From positions 1 through 64,000 of the forward strand of contig JAAOMT010000661.1 of assembly GCA_016748015.1 (NCBI GenBank): a stretch of 64,000 bases of DNA, read 5' to 3'. The notes beneath the pieces were generated by a model. The model saw only the letters and a list, made by a program, of their open reading frames with translations. It was not told where the DNA came from and did not search any database. This document shows, in pieces, positions 51,891 through 64,000 of this stretch (position 1 is its first letter; each line of letters starts with the position of its first letter). The translations under genes and the position numbers were made by a program. This DNA comes from Geosiphon pyriformis uo1 (lineage: Eukaryota; Fungi; Glomeromycota).

Positions 51891-53039
51891 TATTTTTAAT
51901 GATTTAGAGGTTAAGTGCTCTTTAACAACTGTTTTAAATTTTTTTACAGATAAAATTTAAAAGTTTCATTTCAGGGGAATGAAAAAGTCCTCTTTGTTAA
52001 CTTTGTATGGAATTGTCTAACTTGCATTAAGCAATTCTCATAACAATTGAATTCGTCCTGAATAGTAATTAGGATTCAGGAGAATGAAATCCAAATAAAA
52101 GAAAATACTGTCATTGGTTCACAAAATTTATGAATTGCATTTTTTCATCTTCTAACCTTTCAATAAAATCCTTCAAAGACGTTTTTAGATGAACCCGGAG
52201 TGTACCTTTTAATAGAAAATGGAAAATAAGAAGAAATTTTTTATGATAAACTAAATGGTGACCAGCAAAAGCAGGTCCAAGTTTATTCACTTTTCAAAGT
52301 AGTTTAAGATGAACTTTATTTTTGAACTAAGAGTTACTCAAGTGAAAAATGTTCAAAGCATTTTGTTTTAATCATAAGAAAACAAGTGAAGCAAAAAGAA
52401 TAAAATCAGGTAATTAAATCGAATTTTTCATCTACTTATGAAATTTTTCTTTGCCATCTTTATTGTGGAATTCAACCTAAAGTGTATCTCTTATTAGTAA
52501 AAGATTCTAAAAGCAATAGTTCATTTGACAATATTGTTTCCAATTAGAAAGTGAATCTTATTTTACGCACATGCGGCAGCATGATACGGTTTTCGTACCT
52601 GAATCTTATCCATGTTAAGAAAAATGATCGTGGCTTAAATATACTTCGACCCAAGTATGAATTGCCATATATTAAGTTCAATATCAAGCCACTTCCATCT
52701 CCGTAGTAGGGAGCGCACAAAGCAAGAGCAATGTTTCTAATATTACACTCAGAGTAAAATTATGGAAATTTTATTTCGAATTTTATCTTCATTAAGAATT
52801 ATGTATAGTGAGCCACATAATAATAGGTTATGATAAACTTTCGTTTAGATACTCTGAGACATTTTCAAACTAGCTAGAACAGTATTTCATGATGCAGGAA
52901 TTCGATTTCATATAGCAGCAAAAAATTCATTTGTTTAGGACAATAAAGCAATTAAACGAGTAATTTAATGCAAAGAAAATATCCCTAAAAATAGATATTA
53001 ATGGTGGCTGCTATTGTTTCAGATAAAAACCGCATAGAA

Positions 53040-53550
53040 ATTGGAAAAAAATCACGACAAATAAAGGTAATGGCGTCATACGGGAGAAAGATGTAATGTA
53101 GAATGTTTAACCCCATTTTCAAAAGTGGTCGGAGCTCGGTAATGGTTTGGGGATGTTTCGTAGGAGAAATCTAGGGTCCATCCGTTAATATATTTTGACG
53201 AATATAAAGAAAAATCAATAGAAAAATTTATTTCAAAGTTCTTGAGCAAAATCTTTTGCCATTTTACAAACAGCACGTTTATTAGTGGTAGAAAATTTTG
53301 GTTTTCAATAAGATAATACACCAATTTATACTGCAAAGGAAGTTGAAGAATGGTTCACAAAGAAAAAATTAAATTTATGGATTGGCCAGCATCTCCTGCG
53401 ACCTTAATTTCATCGAAAATATATAGAAGCTAATGAAGGTATTATTCAAAGATTTTTCAAAGACTCTAGGAGAACTTAAGGCTGCTCTAAGAGAGGAATA
53501 GGTCTACTTTTAATAATTCAAATCTTTGATGTGAACATATTCTAAAAAAG
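53040..53550 (+). mobile_element. Tc1-like transposase DDE-domain remnant
   Basis: FKSGRSSVMVWGCF, VFQ*DNTPIYTAKEVEEWF, FMDWPA, DLNFIENI*KLMK. Confidence 0.85.
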
Positions 53551-54699
53551 ATTATGTATATATGTATATATCGAAATTTATATTTAATAAAAAGTTTGAG
53601 CGTTATTTTCCGAGGCAACTGTACATGATGATCAACGTATATAATGATCATAGCAATAATGATTAGTGTTTCTATCAAAGTAATGATGATAGTCAAGAAT
53701 ATATTTCTAAAGTTGAGAAGGTTCTGATGCATAAATGAATTTAAAGATTTTCATTTGATATTGATTTAGATGATCATTAAGTTAAAAATGGATTCTAATT
53801 CTGCGAATATTACAACGCCAATACCTCAGCAAAACAATGGGGATTTTCATTATATTTTACTAAATTTATTAAGGTTTCATTAAACGAACAAAACTGCACT
53901 GAAGATTTTTACAAAATTGGGAAAATTATTAAGAGAACTTTAAAATACTTTCCATATGATACCAGTTAGCTTTTAATTTCTTGCCTTGTATTTACTTTAA
54001 TTTATTTTGCTTATGTCAGGCTGAAGTTATTTTAAGAATCGGGGAATTTTCAGAGTGGTTTAAATGCGAAAAAACAATGTAAATTTTATTTGGCAAATTC
54101 TTTGAGCTCTGGAACTTGCTTTTTGTATCATCATTACATAATTCTTTATTAATTAAAGAACATAATCAAGATATTTTATAGATTAAATTATTTCGACTTT
54201 TCAGATATGGGCATTAATCATCTTGTATAAATATATAAAAAACTCTCGGTAACCCCCAATTCATTTATAATTTTCGATGTCTTGGTGAATAAATTTGGCA
54301 CAAAATAATTTTTTCAATTAAATGTTGTAAAATTTAAATAATTTAAAATTTTAGTAGAATTTTTAACCAAAAAGATTTGAATTCACACTAAGAATTTCAA
54401 GAAAAATAAATTAGAGCAGAAACTACTATAATTTATCATATAAATCAGCTGGGATCTGTTAATAACAGATCGAAATACTCATAGACACAACTGATTAGGT
54501 CCAATAAAATTTTTTCAGATGACACCTTTATCATCAAAAAGAGCATTTTTTTGATATAGAAATTTAAAATAAAACATTAGACTAAATTTGATTCTAAAAC
54601 TTCTCAATTTTTAATACAAAAGCTAAAACACTCTGAAACTCACAAAAAAATTAGTTTGATAATGATATTGCGTTGGGTGCAAATAAATATCAGAATTAT

Positions 54700-55747
54700 C
54701 GGCGAGACTAAACATTATTATTGGATGAGAGTGGTGGAATTATTTGAATTTGTTGAAGTAGTGTTGGAAGTTGATTTAAAAGTAAAATTCTTGTAAAAGA
54801 AGGACTGAATTATATATTTGATAAATTAAAGGCATTTTTTGTGGCAGCAGCTTTTGGTTGGATAGCTTTGACATGTTTCTCATTTTTTCTATTTTTTATT
54901 TGTAAATGTAATTTGAGTATTGTAACATATGCTCTCGACTGTAGTAGGCAATAATCGGTTTACAAAAAGACAATATTACGTGCTTTTAAACATAGTAAAA
55001 TACATATTTTTAAAACTAACTTTCAATCGGTTTTAAATTAACGACAACTAGTCATTTTCATATTTTTATTAAATAATGAAAATACAAGACACAACACTGT
55101 CTTTATAACTTAATATTAATAAAAGTTACTTCTCAAGTTAAAAATATAAATTTCAATTTAAAAAATAAAAAAAACATCAAAATAGGAAAAGGATTGGAAT
55201 TAATTTTTATCGATACCGAAAAGAAAGCGTTTAACTGAGCTAATTCTCGCTCTAAATTCAAAAGGTGTTGAACCAAAAATAGGTGAGGAATTTGCTGACT
55301 AATTGACGATTGATTCAATTGGTTACTATGTTTTTGAGTAAAGTCAATTTGGTTATCAGCTGGGACAGATTCTAGATCACTATTCTTCTTATTGTAATGG
55401 ATCTATTTTGTTTTTCTTTTAAATTGAATTATTTGTAATTTCTAAAAAATGAATTGAAAGAGGGTGGCATTTCAGATTGTGAATTTCATAGCTGACGAAT
55501 TTCTGATGATCCTGGATGTGTTAATGTAAAAGCATTCACATAATCTTCGGTTTGGTTTAATGATGAATTTGCATCGTTCACATTATCATGAGCAAAATTC
55601 TGGTTTTGCTTATTAAAAAAAGTAATTTGTGATGGCTTCACATGACACTCATTTCTGACGAATTGATTATGATAAAGTTCTTGTTGATAAGGATGTCTGT
55701 TGTCCAATAGAGTTTGATCTTTGATAAAGTTGATTTTCGAGATTCAT
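54700..55747 (-). pseudogene. Gln/Asn-rich low-complexity gene, frameshifted
   Basis: MNLENQLYQ... links by frameshifts to ORFs 55486-55707 and 55133-55318 (LLNLERELAQLNAFFS then gtatcg donor); a further exon follows ctacag at ~54940. Confidence 0.4.
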
Positions 55748-57794
55748 TTTTCTTGAGGAAATGATTTTTAGAATATTATGAAGTTTGATTAAATTTTAAA
55801 ACAATCCTATAAATACGGAAAATGAAATTGGAGATCTTCATAGTCTTCTAAGCCTGCGCGATGATAAGAATCGCGCGCAATTGAAGACTGGTACACAAAA
55901 TTGAAAACTTTGATGATGGAAAAAAAATGAGTTGATAACTTCAGGTAAAATTTCCGCAAAAAACGCCTCTTTTCAAGTATTCCATTACTTGTACAACATG
56001 TTTTTGCAAAATTTGAATATAAAGCTTAGGATCTACGATATGACAAAAACAAATAATCTGGTTTTTCTCTTTACACAAAAACTGCCCCCACCCAAGAATT
56101 TTTTTCTTATACTAATGTTCAATTGTGTTTGGAATGTTGTTTCCTCTGAAAATAAATTTTTTTTCAGTTATAATTATGATGAAATTTGGCTCATTCAACA
56201 TGTTTCCGCTTTTGAACTTTCGTTGGCTTAGTAATTGGTAGGTTTTAAATGTCTGCAAATTTTGCAATATGAAATCTTTACTCCCTCTGTATCTAGTTTA
56301 GTAGTAATTCTTTGCAAAGACAAGGAAGAATTTTTGCAAATATATTGACCTCTTTTTCTTTAATACATGTTTCGTGATCTTTTTGCGATGACTATTATCG
56401 TCTTTGTGCTCACTTTTCCTGTTTTTTCCAACTTTTTGACATTTGTATCATATAGTTGAAATAGGTTGCTTAGTAATTTCACCATCATTCCAGAAGTATA
56501 ATAGCTTTGACCTGCTACGTTCCTTAACCAACAAATTTATTTCTAACATGAACTATACACAAGGTTGTAAATCAAGTTCTATCACATTTGATTGGTGATT
56601 ATAGAAAAATTCTCTTTAAATGCTTAACCTCAGAGTGGAATCTTTATTGCGCAATTCAATCCAGGCTTAAATGCTTAATGAATTTGAGCTTTTTTATAAC
56701 TTTTTCTGCTCATGTTAGATTCCCTCCTGTTTTAAAACAAATTTTCAAGGGAAACCTGAAATAGCTTGTTTTTCTTATAGTCACTACAAAATTAGGTAGC
56801 AATATTAAAGAATTTCTAATAATATTTTAAGATTTTGAGAATTATAATATAAAGCTTGAATTATCAAGCTTAACATACTTTCCAACTGTTATTTAAATAA
56901 TTAAAAGTAATCTCAATAAAAAGAAAAGAAATAACTTTACATTTAGTTGAAATATCAACTATTAAAGTTTATAGAATGCAAAGTTATGAGACATGAATCT
57001 TGAATTATTACAATATGAGCTATCATTTGGATATCTCAGAAAATACTTTATTCTCGATCCAGGGCATGTTTATGTAATAATCGTAACATCTCATTTACAA
57101 TTATACTTATAATACCCCTTGAGAACTTGAATTGAACGATGTGAATGCTATGAATCATTATATATCAAACAATGCCGAAAAAACTATTTTAGCAAATTTG
57201 CCTCAAGTTTCAATTCCCACCAACGAAATTATTATGCTTTATGTGGGCCTATTTATTTTTTAATAAGAAACATTATTTTCAAAATGAAATTATGATGCAA
57301 GTTATCTTTAAGCTCCAGAAAATTTGTAGTTGAACAATAAAAACATTCTATCTTTACTGAGCAGAATTATAGAATTCTTGTACAATTTTTTCAAAAGTAA
57401 TTGAGATTTGATGATAATAAAAGAATTAATCCCCAATTATCCATTACAAAAGCGATTAATTTATAGAGGCCAAAAAAATGAATTTAAGAAGGATAAATAG
57501 CTAGAATTTTGAAATATTTGAAGCAGCCTTGCTAGAAGATTGCAAAATTAAAGTTTCTTTAAGTCATTTCAAGAAGTTCTAAATCATGTGGATTTAATTT
57601 AATCTATTTAACATTTGGAACATTGCTCGATTATCAACTTCTATTTGATTTATTCGCATACTTAGCATGTGCTGATAATTCATAATTTTCTTGGGAAAAT
57701 ATTGGCTCGGAAAGTATGACATGTATTTTGGAAAACCATATAGTGACATATATTTGAAATCATTTGTCACAATCTAATTTGGGGTTAGGCCTAT

Positions 57795-58174
57795 TTAGAT
57801 CATATATGTCAATTTGATTTTCACGGGAGACGGTGACAATATCTTCGCTGTAGTGCTCGGGCGCGAATTTCTTTCTGAAGCTAATTGTTTATGTTGAAGG
57901 TGAAGTTGGTTTGCCTCAGTTGCCAGACGCTTATATTCGTTTCTTACATCTCCGGCTCTTGGCTCCATGATTTACCTACTATTCCAGATAGTTCAGGCAT
58001 TGGAGGAAGATTCATCCCTTTTAATATTATTTCCTGAATAAAACATTTACGATAAATTAAAAACAATTTGGGGCTCGACTTCGTTGTTTATTTACTTTTT
58101 CTTGTAGTCGCTGAGAAAAACTCATTGACAGTTAGGATCGGTGGGAAGGGTAATTTGATTGATAATGGATTCAT
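57795..58174 (-). pseudogene. Canonical MATA-type HMG-box gene with two 1-nt frameshifts (absent from ORF track)
   Basis: MNPLSIKLPFPPILTVNEF/SQRLQEKVNKQRSRAPNCFLIYRKCFIQEI...MPELSGIVGKSWSQEP/DVRNEYKRLATEA. Confidence 0.9.
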
Positions 58175-58519
58175 TTTCCCAAGAATACTTAGATCTTTGA
58201 TATGTTTTTGTTAAAAAAGAGCTTTTTTATTTTATTTCGTAAATTCTTTTGTTAAAGCAATGGCTTTTTATCTTACTTTTTGATGGCAAAAAAATATTTG
58301 ACCGGTTCCACAAATCACAAATGCGATGATAAAAATAGATGTTCGTGAAGTTCTTTTCATCCAAATGCATGCAATTGACTTTTTGCGATTCAAAATCATG
58401 TTTTCAACTTTATAGTAAAATTTTATAAAGGATAAAATTTTGATTATAAATTTTATTTTGTTGTTGGTTTGAATTATAGAGGATTAAATTTAAAGTTTCA
58501 GTCAGTTTCAAAAAAATTT

Positions 58520-58820
58520 AGTGGAATGAAACGTAAAAGGTAATTTTTTGACGACGAAACAGTTTTTCAGCCGTTTGAGAATACTGTGGACTCTTGTTTG
58601 CATTGTTTCATGGCACGGGATAATAACTTCGGTGACTTACATTTGAAATCTTCCGCGATCTTCTTCCCAAGATTTGGGCATTGATGGAAGGCATTACAAG
58701 AGAATAATCCTAAACATACAAGCCACCTTGCTAAAGAACTTATTGGAAAAACATGTTTTCAGCTTTTAGACTAGTCAACATATAATCCAGGCCTAAATCC
58801 TACTTAAAATTTTTGGATGA
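58520..58820 (+). mobile_element. Third Tc1-like transposase remnant
   Basis: KVIF/DETVFQ, then LQENNPKHTSHLAKE...LLD*STYNPGLNPT*NFW (consensus QDNDPKHTS...WPSYSPDLNPIENLW). Confidence 0.75.
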
Positions 58821-59989
58821 AGTTAATTAAGTCAATGAAGCGAATATCTACACTAGTAATTGAAAGTAATTGATTAATTTTTTTCAATAAATCTATAAAA
58901 CCTAAGCTATCAAATAGTATATTCATTATATTAATTGGTATAGCCATTATACAGTAATTAATAATAATATAAATGGAAAATTTTTTGGAAGAAAATTTTA
59001 ATAGCATGACAATTTAAACAATGAATGTATGGATGACCATGTGGTTCTTTGAAAATACAAACCTTCAGACTGTTTTTACATTTTAGCAGGATAAGTTTAG
59101 AAACTTGTGTAATTTACGGGCCTAATAAAAAACTTTTGGTTTCAGTAAATCCATTAGTTTGCCTGATACCTAGCATTCCCATTTTAATGCTCTTATTTTT
59201 TATCACCACCATTTTAACTACCACTTAATTAGATTCTCACCTAAATAAAATGTAATTAGTCACCCTGGTTCAAAGACATTTTTATATTTTTTCATTGACA
59301 ATAATAAGAATTATCAAGTTCAATGTAAATGTGGATGTGCTTCAATTTTTTGACTGAATGTGCATTTAATATAATATTATTCTGTTAAAAGGTCATTTAA
59401 ATCATCAGGGACATACCCAATATTGAAGGGAAAATTTTTAACTTCATGCATCCAAGTATTTTACAAAAGTTTTACATCTTGCTTTATCATGTTATCAAGT
59501 TGAAACTGAAAATAAAAATGCGAAAACTTTGAACTTATTTAAAATTAAGCTTTTTTTCCAAATCTAAAGAATTATGAGAAAAGACTTGAATTTGTGTCAA
59601 AAATATTAAAATTTTTTTAAAATATAAAATATTTAAGCATTTTTGTCATCAATAAATGACTAAACTTTATCTTTTAAAACATAAATTGAGGTCTGTAATA
59701 TTAATATAGACTCATATATCTTTTTTGAATGGCAAAAAGCTGCATAGATTAAGCTCAAAATTGTATTTAAAAATAATTTATAATCTTGTTAATAAACGCT
59801 GCTTTAAAACAATATTTTGAAATGACTAAATTTTTAATGATATTAAATAAGGTCTCATAAATTTGAATGTAAAAATACAAAATTGAATATATTTATGGAA
59901 GAAACAGCTGGGGTTGTACAAAATTCAGGTTGAAACGCTCCCCAAAGTCAGTTTGTACGTTTATGCAACCTATCTAAATCTTGAATTTT

Positions 59990-60190
59990 AGTGCAAGGTT
60001 ACATTTTGTAATTCATTTTCGGCCTCAGTTTGTTAAACCTTAATATAAATGGTTTTTGTGTAATGAAATGTCAACCACTCTTTTCTTGAGATGAATGCGA
60101 TATTTAAATTAGTTTCCTCTTGGAAATCCCTAAATTAAGACAGCATCTGTATAGCACTTAACATAACCCATAATGCATACCTAAAAGAAA
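59990..60190 (-). pseudogene. Possible highly decayed HMG-box gene
   Basis: MGYVKCYTDAVLI*GFPRGN / NIAFISRKEWLTFHYTKTIYIKV*QTEAE has HMG helix spacing (Y, W, Y, EA). Confidence 0.3.
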
Positions 60191-62125
60191 AGCTATTGAT
60201 ACAATGATGAATCAATTTTATTGAAGTTAAAAACATATTTAAAATATTAAAATAAATATGAAAGTTTATTTGGGATTTCTAAAAATTCCGAGTTTTTCAA
60301 GGGATATTATTTTTTGATTGTAGACTTCTTTAAATCAATCAATTTAGACTTTACAAAAAAAAAACTTTTACCATTAAAAAAAGCCTGTTCAAATTTAAGA
60401 ATTACAAATAATCTATTAAAAATAAAAACAAATAAAAATCTCATGATAAGAAAATTTTAAGAATTACTTTTACAATTTTATTGTATACTTCATTTTTTTT
60501 GATTTATCAAAAATATTTTCAAATAAAACGATTAGAAAAAAACATCTGATAATCTATCTTTGAAAGTTTTTGGAATTGTGTTTTAAATATAAATTCTTTA
60601 GTATTCTCTTATACATCAAAATTATCTATCCCAGTTAATACTAGAATCAATACCATTTCAAGACTTTGAATTAAGCAAATAAAAATAAAAAAGTCTATAT
60701 AGATATATATATCTATTTTTATTACATAGGAACGCGTTCAATTTTTTGTAATCGCAAATGTGACGAAAAGATTTCGAACAATTCTTTCAAAGAATGTATT
60801 GATATTTATTTTAATAAAACACATGAATTGATTTTATGTTGTAATTTTCAAATTGAAATTGAAATTTTGTAATAACAAAGTATATCTTGAGAATTTAGAT
60901 GAGATTTTTTTTATCTCATATCCATCAAAAAATTCCTTTTCAAATGACTAAATTTCGCCTAATTATTTATTTCAATAATAGCTTTCAAATTTTATTTGGT
61001 GCTTAGTGTAACCATATTCTCCGCATTATACAAGCAGCGTTTTGTTATTACTTTTTAAGTTTATCCTTTTAACTAAAAATGATCAAAAACCGAACCCAAT
61101 TAAAGTTTAGAATGGATGATCATTGCAAAGTCATTCAGAGATAAAAAAAATTTTCGTGTTTTTAAATCTTAAATCTTATTTAGTTCTTCGAAGCTTATAC
61201 ATGAATGTAATAACCTTTTTATTCTTTTAAAAAAAAACTATTTTCGATTTCCCTCTTAATATATTCTTTTTATATTAGGCAGTCAATGAAAGTTCATTTT
61301 CAAGTCTAACTTGAGATATAGTTATTATTATTAATTTGAACAAGGTTCAAGTCTTTTAACCAATTTGGACGCTTTCAAGATTTTAACCAGTTTTAAAATA
61401 TTATAGCTTTAAAACTACAATTGTTGTTCAATTTGCTAATACTGTCAAAATTATGAAAAAAGTATTTTAATGTAGAAACAATTAAAATTTAACAATTATT
61501 CATCAATCATTCATGAAAGATTAATATATAATAATATCTTTGTTGAATTAAGAAGATTCTTGTGAGATTGTTGGAAAACATATGATTTTGAATGTTGTTT
61601 AAGAGGGTACGTAAACATTGAGCCATTGGTTGATATAGAGTTACGACGTACTGGTCAAAATGACTTAGAGTTACACCTTTTTTTGTTTCACCTTTTACAA
61701 ACGATTTTCAATGGGTAAAGCCAATTAGATGAACTTTTTTTCGTTGAAATTCGTCTTCATATACGCAACCAAGCTCTCTAACTGATTATCCAGTAAGAAC
61801 AATATTACAAATATTCAAATTTAAAACTCACTGACTCATTTAATAGGCTTCTAAGATTTGATAATTGAATAATGGCTCTGTAGACTATATGGCAAATATT
61901 CACATTATCCTCAATAAAATATCAAACCCAAAGAGCATCTTTAAAATTGAATATTCAATCTGATCTATGATTCTAAATATAACACATTGAAAGGTTCTAA
62001 TAAGAAAAATGTCAGTTGTGTTTTTGGTCATTATTTTCATTATTTCGCATGGTAGTCTAACAATACTTGTGTGCCAGCATCAGACTATACCTTTCTAATG
62101 ATCAATTTTTAATATCATATTACTT

Positions 62126-62422
62126 ACTCACTCACTCACTCACTCACTCACTCACTCACTCACTCACTCACTCACTCACTCACTCACTCACTCACTCACT
62201 CACTCACTCACTCACTCACTCACCCACTCACTCACTCACTCACTCACTCACTCACTCACTCACTCACTCACTCACTCACTCACTCACTCACTCACTCACT
62301 CACTCACTCACTCACTCACTCACCCACTCACTCACTCACTCACTCACTCACTCACTCACTCACTCACTCACTCACTCACTCACTCACTCACTCACTCACT
62401 CACTCACTCACTCACTCACTCA
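62126..62422. repeat. (ACTC)n tetranucleotide microsatellite, ~74 units
   Basis: Read directly; two ACCC variants at 62224 and 62324. Confidence 0.98.
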
Positions 62423-63119
62423 TATGATCAAAGGCTTAGTAAAAAACAGAAAACCCAAAAATGCTGTCTATGAATGTGCTTTAAGACTTATCAAAAAAGG
62501 TCACAAGGATGATATGATTTAGATGATTTTCACAGTATCAAATAAATCGACTTTATATCTTTCTGAGCCACGAATCTATGAGAAGGTTACTCAGGATGAT
62601 TCATAGCCTTTTGAAACTTGCAACTGTAACCCGTATTTTCTTTCATTGGATTTTAATATTGGCCCTGCTTAATAATGATCAATTGAAAGACATTTTACTC
62701 TCTTAATCTTAAGTGTATTTCAAGATTTGCTTTTGCTAGTTTCATTCTATGACATTCCGCTAGTCCAACAATGTTAAATAACATTTCTAAACTAAAAATA
62801 AACGTAGTTTTTTAGCTAGCTATTATTTGATTTTTTGGGGGCTTCATCAGACAAGCAAGCAACAATTAGAGTGACTTAGTTTGTGCTACAAAATGAATGA
62901 GTAGGTTATATGAAAATGATCTAACTTAATTTGGTTGAAGTGGTGGGAATTTTTATTTGCCGAAATAATCATATCAAAAACTTTCCCTTTATAGTTAAAG
63001 GCAGGCTATCTTTAGTTGTTGTTTATCAATAAAAAGATTAGTCATTTCGTGTTCGAAAAATAACAATGGACAGCCTCTTAAACACCGGGATTTTTTTACT
63101 TGTACAATCAATAAAGTTT

Positions 63120-63345
63120 CCAAATTGCCTCGTCCAACACTCATTTAAGAGAAACGGTTTTTTTTACAACAATTGAAGGTTATTGAATTCACACATATGT
63201 ATAACTGAACAATAAAAAAAAATCTTGAAAATAAATGATTTGAACAGTCTATTTCAAATTCTTATTTATCATATGATAGCTTCTAAGCAGCGAAAAAACA
63301 AACCATTAATGGGAAAAAACATCTGGGGCTTGCAAAGACTTTTTT
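63120..63345 (+). pseudogene. Possible decayed HMG-box gene
   Basis: LLNSHIC...KKILKINDLN...MIASKQRKNKPLMGKNIW/GLAK resembles xIASKxWKNEPxxVKxxYxxLAK. Confidence 0.35.
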
Positions 63346-64000
63346 TTCGCTCATGGGGAACTATATCTCCAAAGCGATTTCAATTTCATTTTTCAAACTA
63401 CTCAAAAACACATGAAAACCTTTCTGAAATGACATAATATGACATGACGAAAAATCTAATAAATTTTCAAAACATTATCCGTCAACATAGGCTCATTGCT
63501 TGAATGTATTAAAAAATGCTGTTGGAATGAATTGATTTATTTCCAAAAAATGCTGCATTTCAGTGAAAATTACTTCAACATCCAAAAATGGTTGCTTTTA
63601 TTACAAAGACCTTTAAAAAAATTTATTTGAATTTTCATGTATAACAAATTGTGCTTTTTCGAGCTCGAAAACCATTACGTACTGAGCCATGTAAAATTTA
63701 AATTTGTATTCCCTAATATCTCGATTCATTTTCGCTTTGATGTTTATATGAAATGTTTTTTTGAACAAATTGAGGTTTTGAACAATCCACATATCTACCT
63801 GCACCTTTCAAATATGCAAGGGGCTGTTTACTCGCGAACGTTCCACAGCCCGAATTTTCAAGTTTCTTGATAGCAATTGGTGATTTAGATAGGTTTTTAT
63901 ATATTTAGTAATTGTAAGATATAACCTCTATAAAAGGACATGAAAAGAATTTTCTTATGGTCAATTTTCAATGTGGTGGGATGATAATACATCAAAAGTA

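Noticed and set aside
56300-57545. Further HMG-like relics (SKSWKKQ on minus at ~56.4 kb; LPQVSIPTNEI...TFYLY* on plus at ~57.2 kb)
   Set aside because: Only isolated short motifs across many frameshifts; left for a profile search.
57781-57790. ggggttagg telomere-like word
   Set aside because: Single occurrence, not an array.
62067-62522. 151-aa ORF with LTHS repeats
   Set aside because: It is the translation of the (ACTC)n microsatellite; no coding evidence.

Overview
Very AT-rich eukaryotic nuclear DNA with short GT-AG introns. It is almost certainly fungal and most likely Glomeromycotina (arbuscular mycorrhizal). This is inferred from the MATA-HMG expansion, a clan-52/CYP704-like P450 and an RNase H-bearing LINE relic of the type I associate with Archaeosporales. 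Genes reconstructed by hand: a 4-exon secreted Ser/Thr/Asn-rich, probably GPI-anchored protein; a 3-exon F-box protein; a 3-exon 4-TM membrane protein; four open intronless HMG-box genes in two subfamilies, a frameshifted fifth and several decayed copies; and a recently inactivated P450. About 16 kb (5.6-21.5 kb) and several smaller blocks are repeat graveyards almost stripped of C and G. They hold a full-length Tc1 (DD34E) element, an inverted pair of LTR-like repeats and possibly endobacterium-derived LRR DNA. The most notable signals are (1) a repeat-confined, context-biased C-to-T hypermutation that removes CpG and TpC but relatively spares ApC (RIP-like, but not ascomycete RIP); (2) a fossil, possibly intron-containing Fanzor/TnpB nuclease at about 41 kb that the ORF track misses; and (3) an HMG-box birth-and-death array with a divergent 'PVPTL' subfamily. 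All calls were made by eye; no database search was run.
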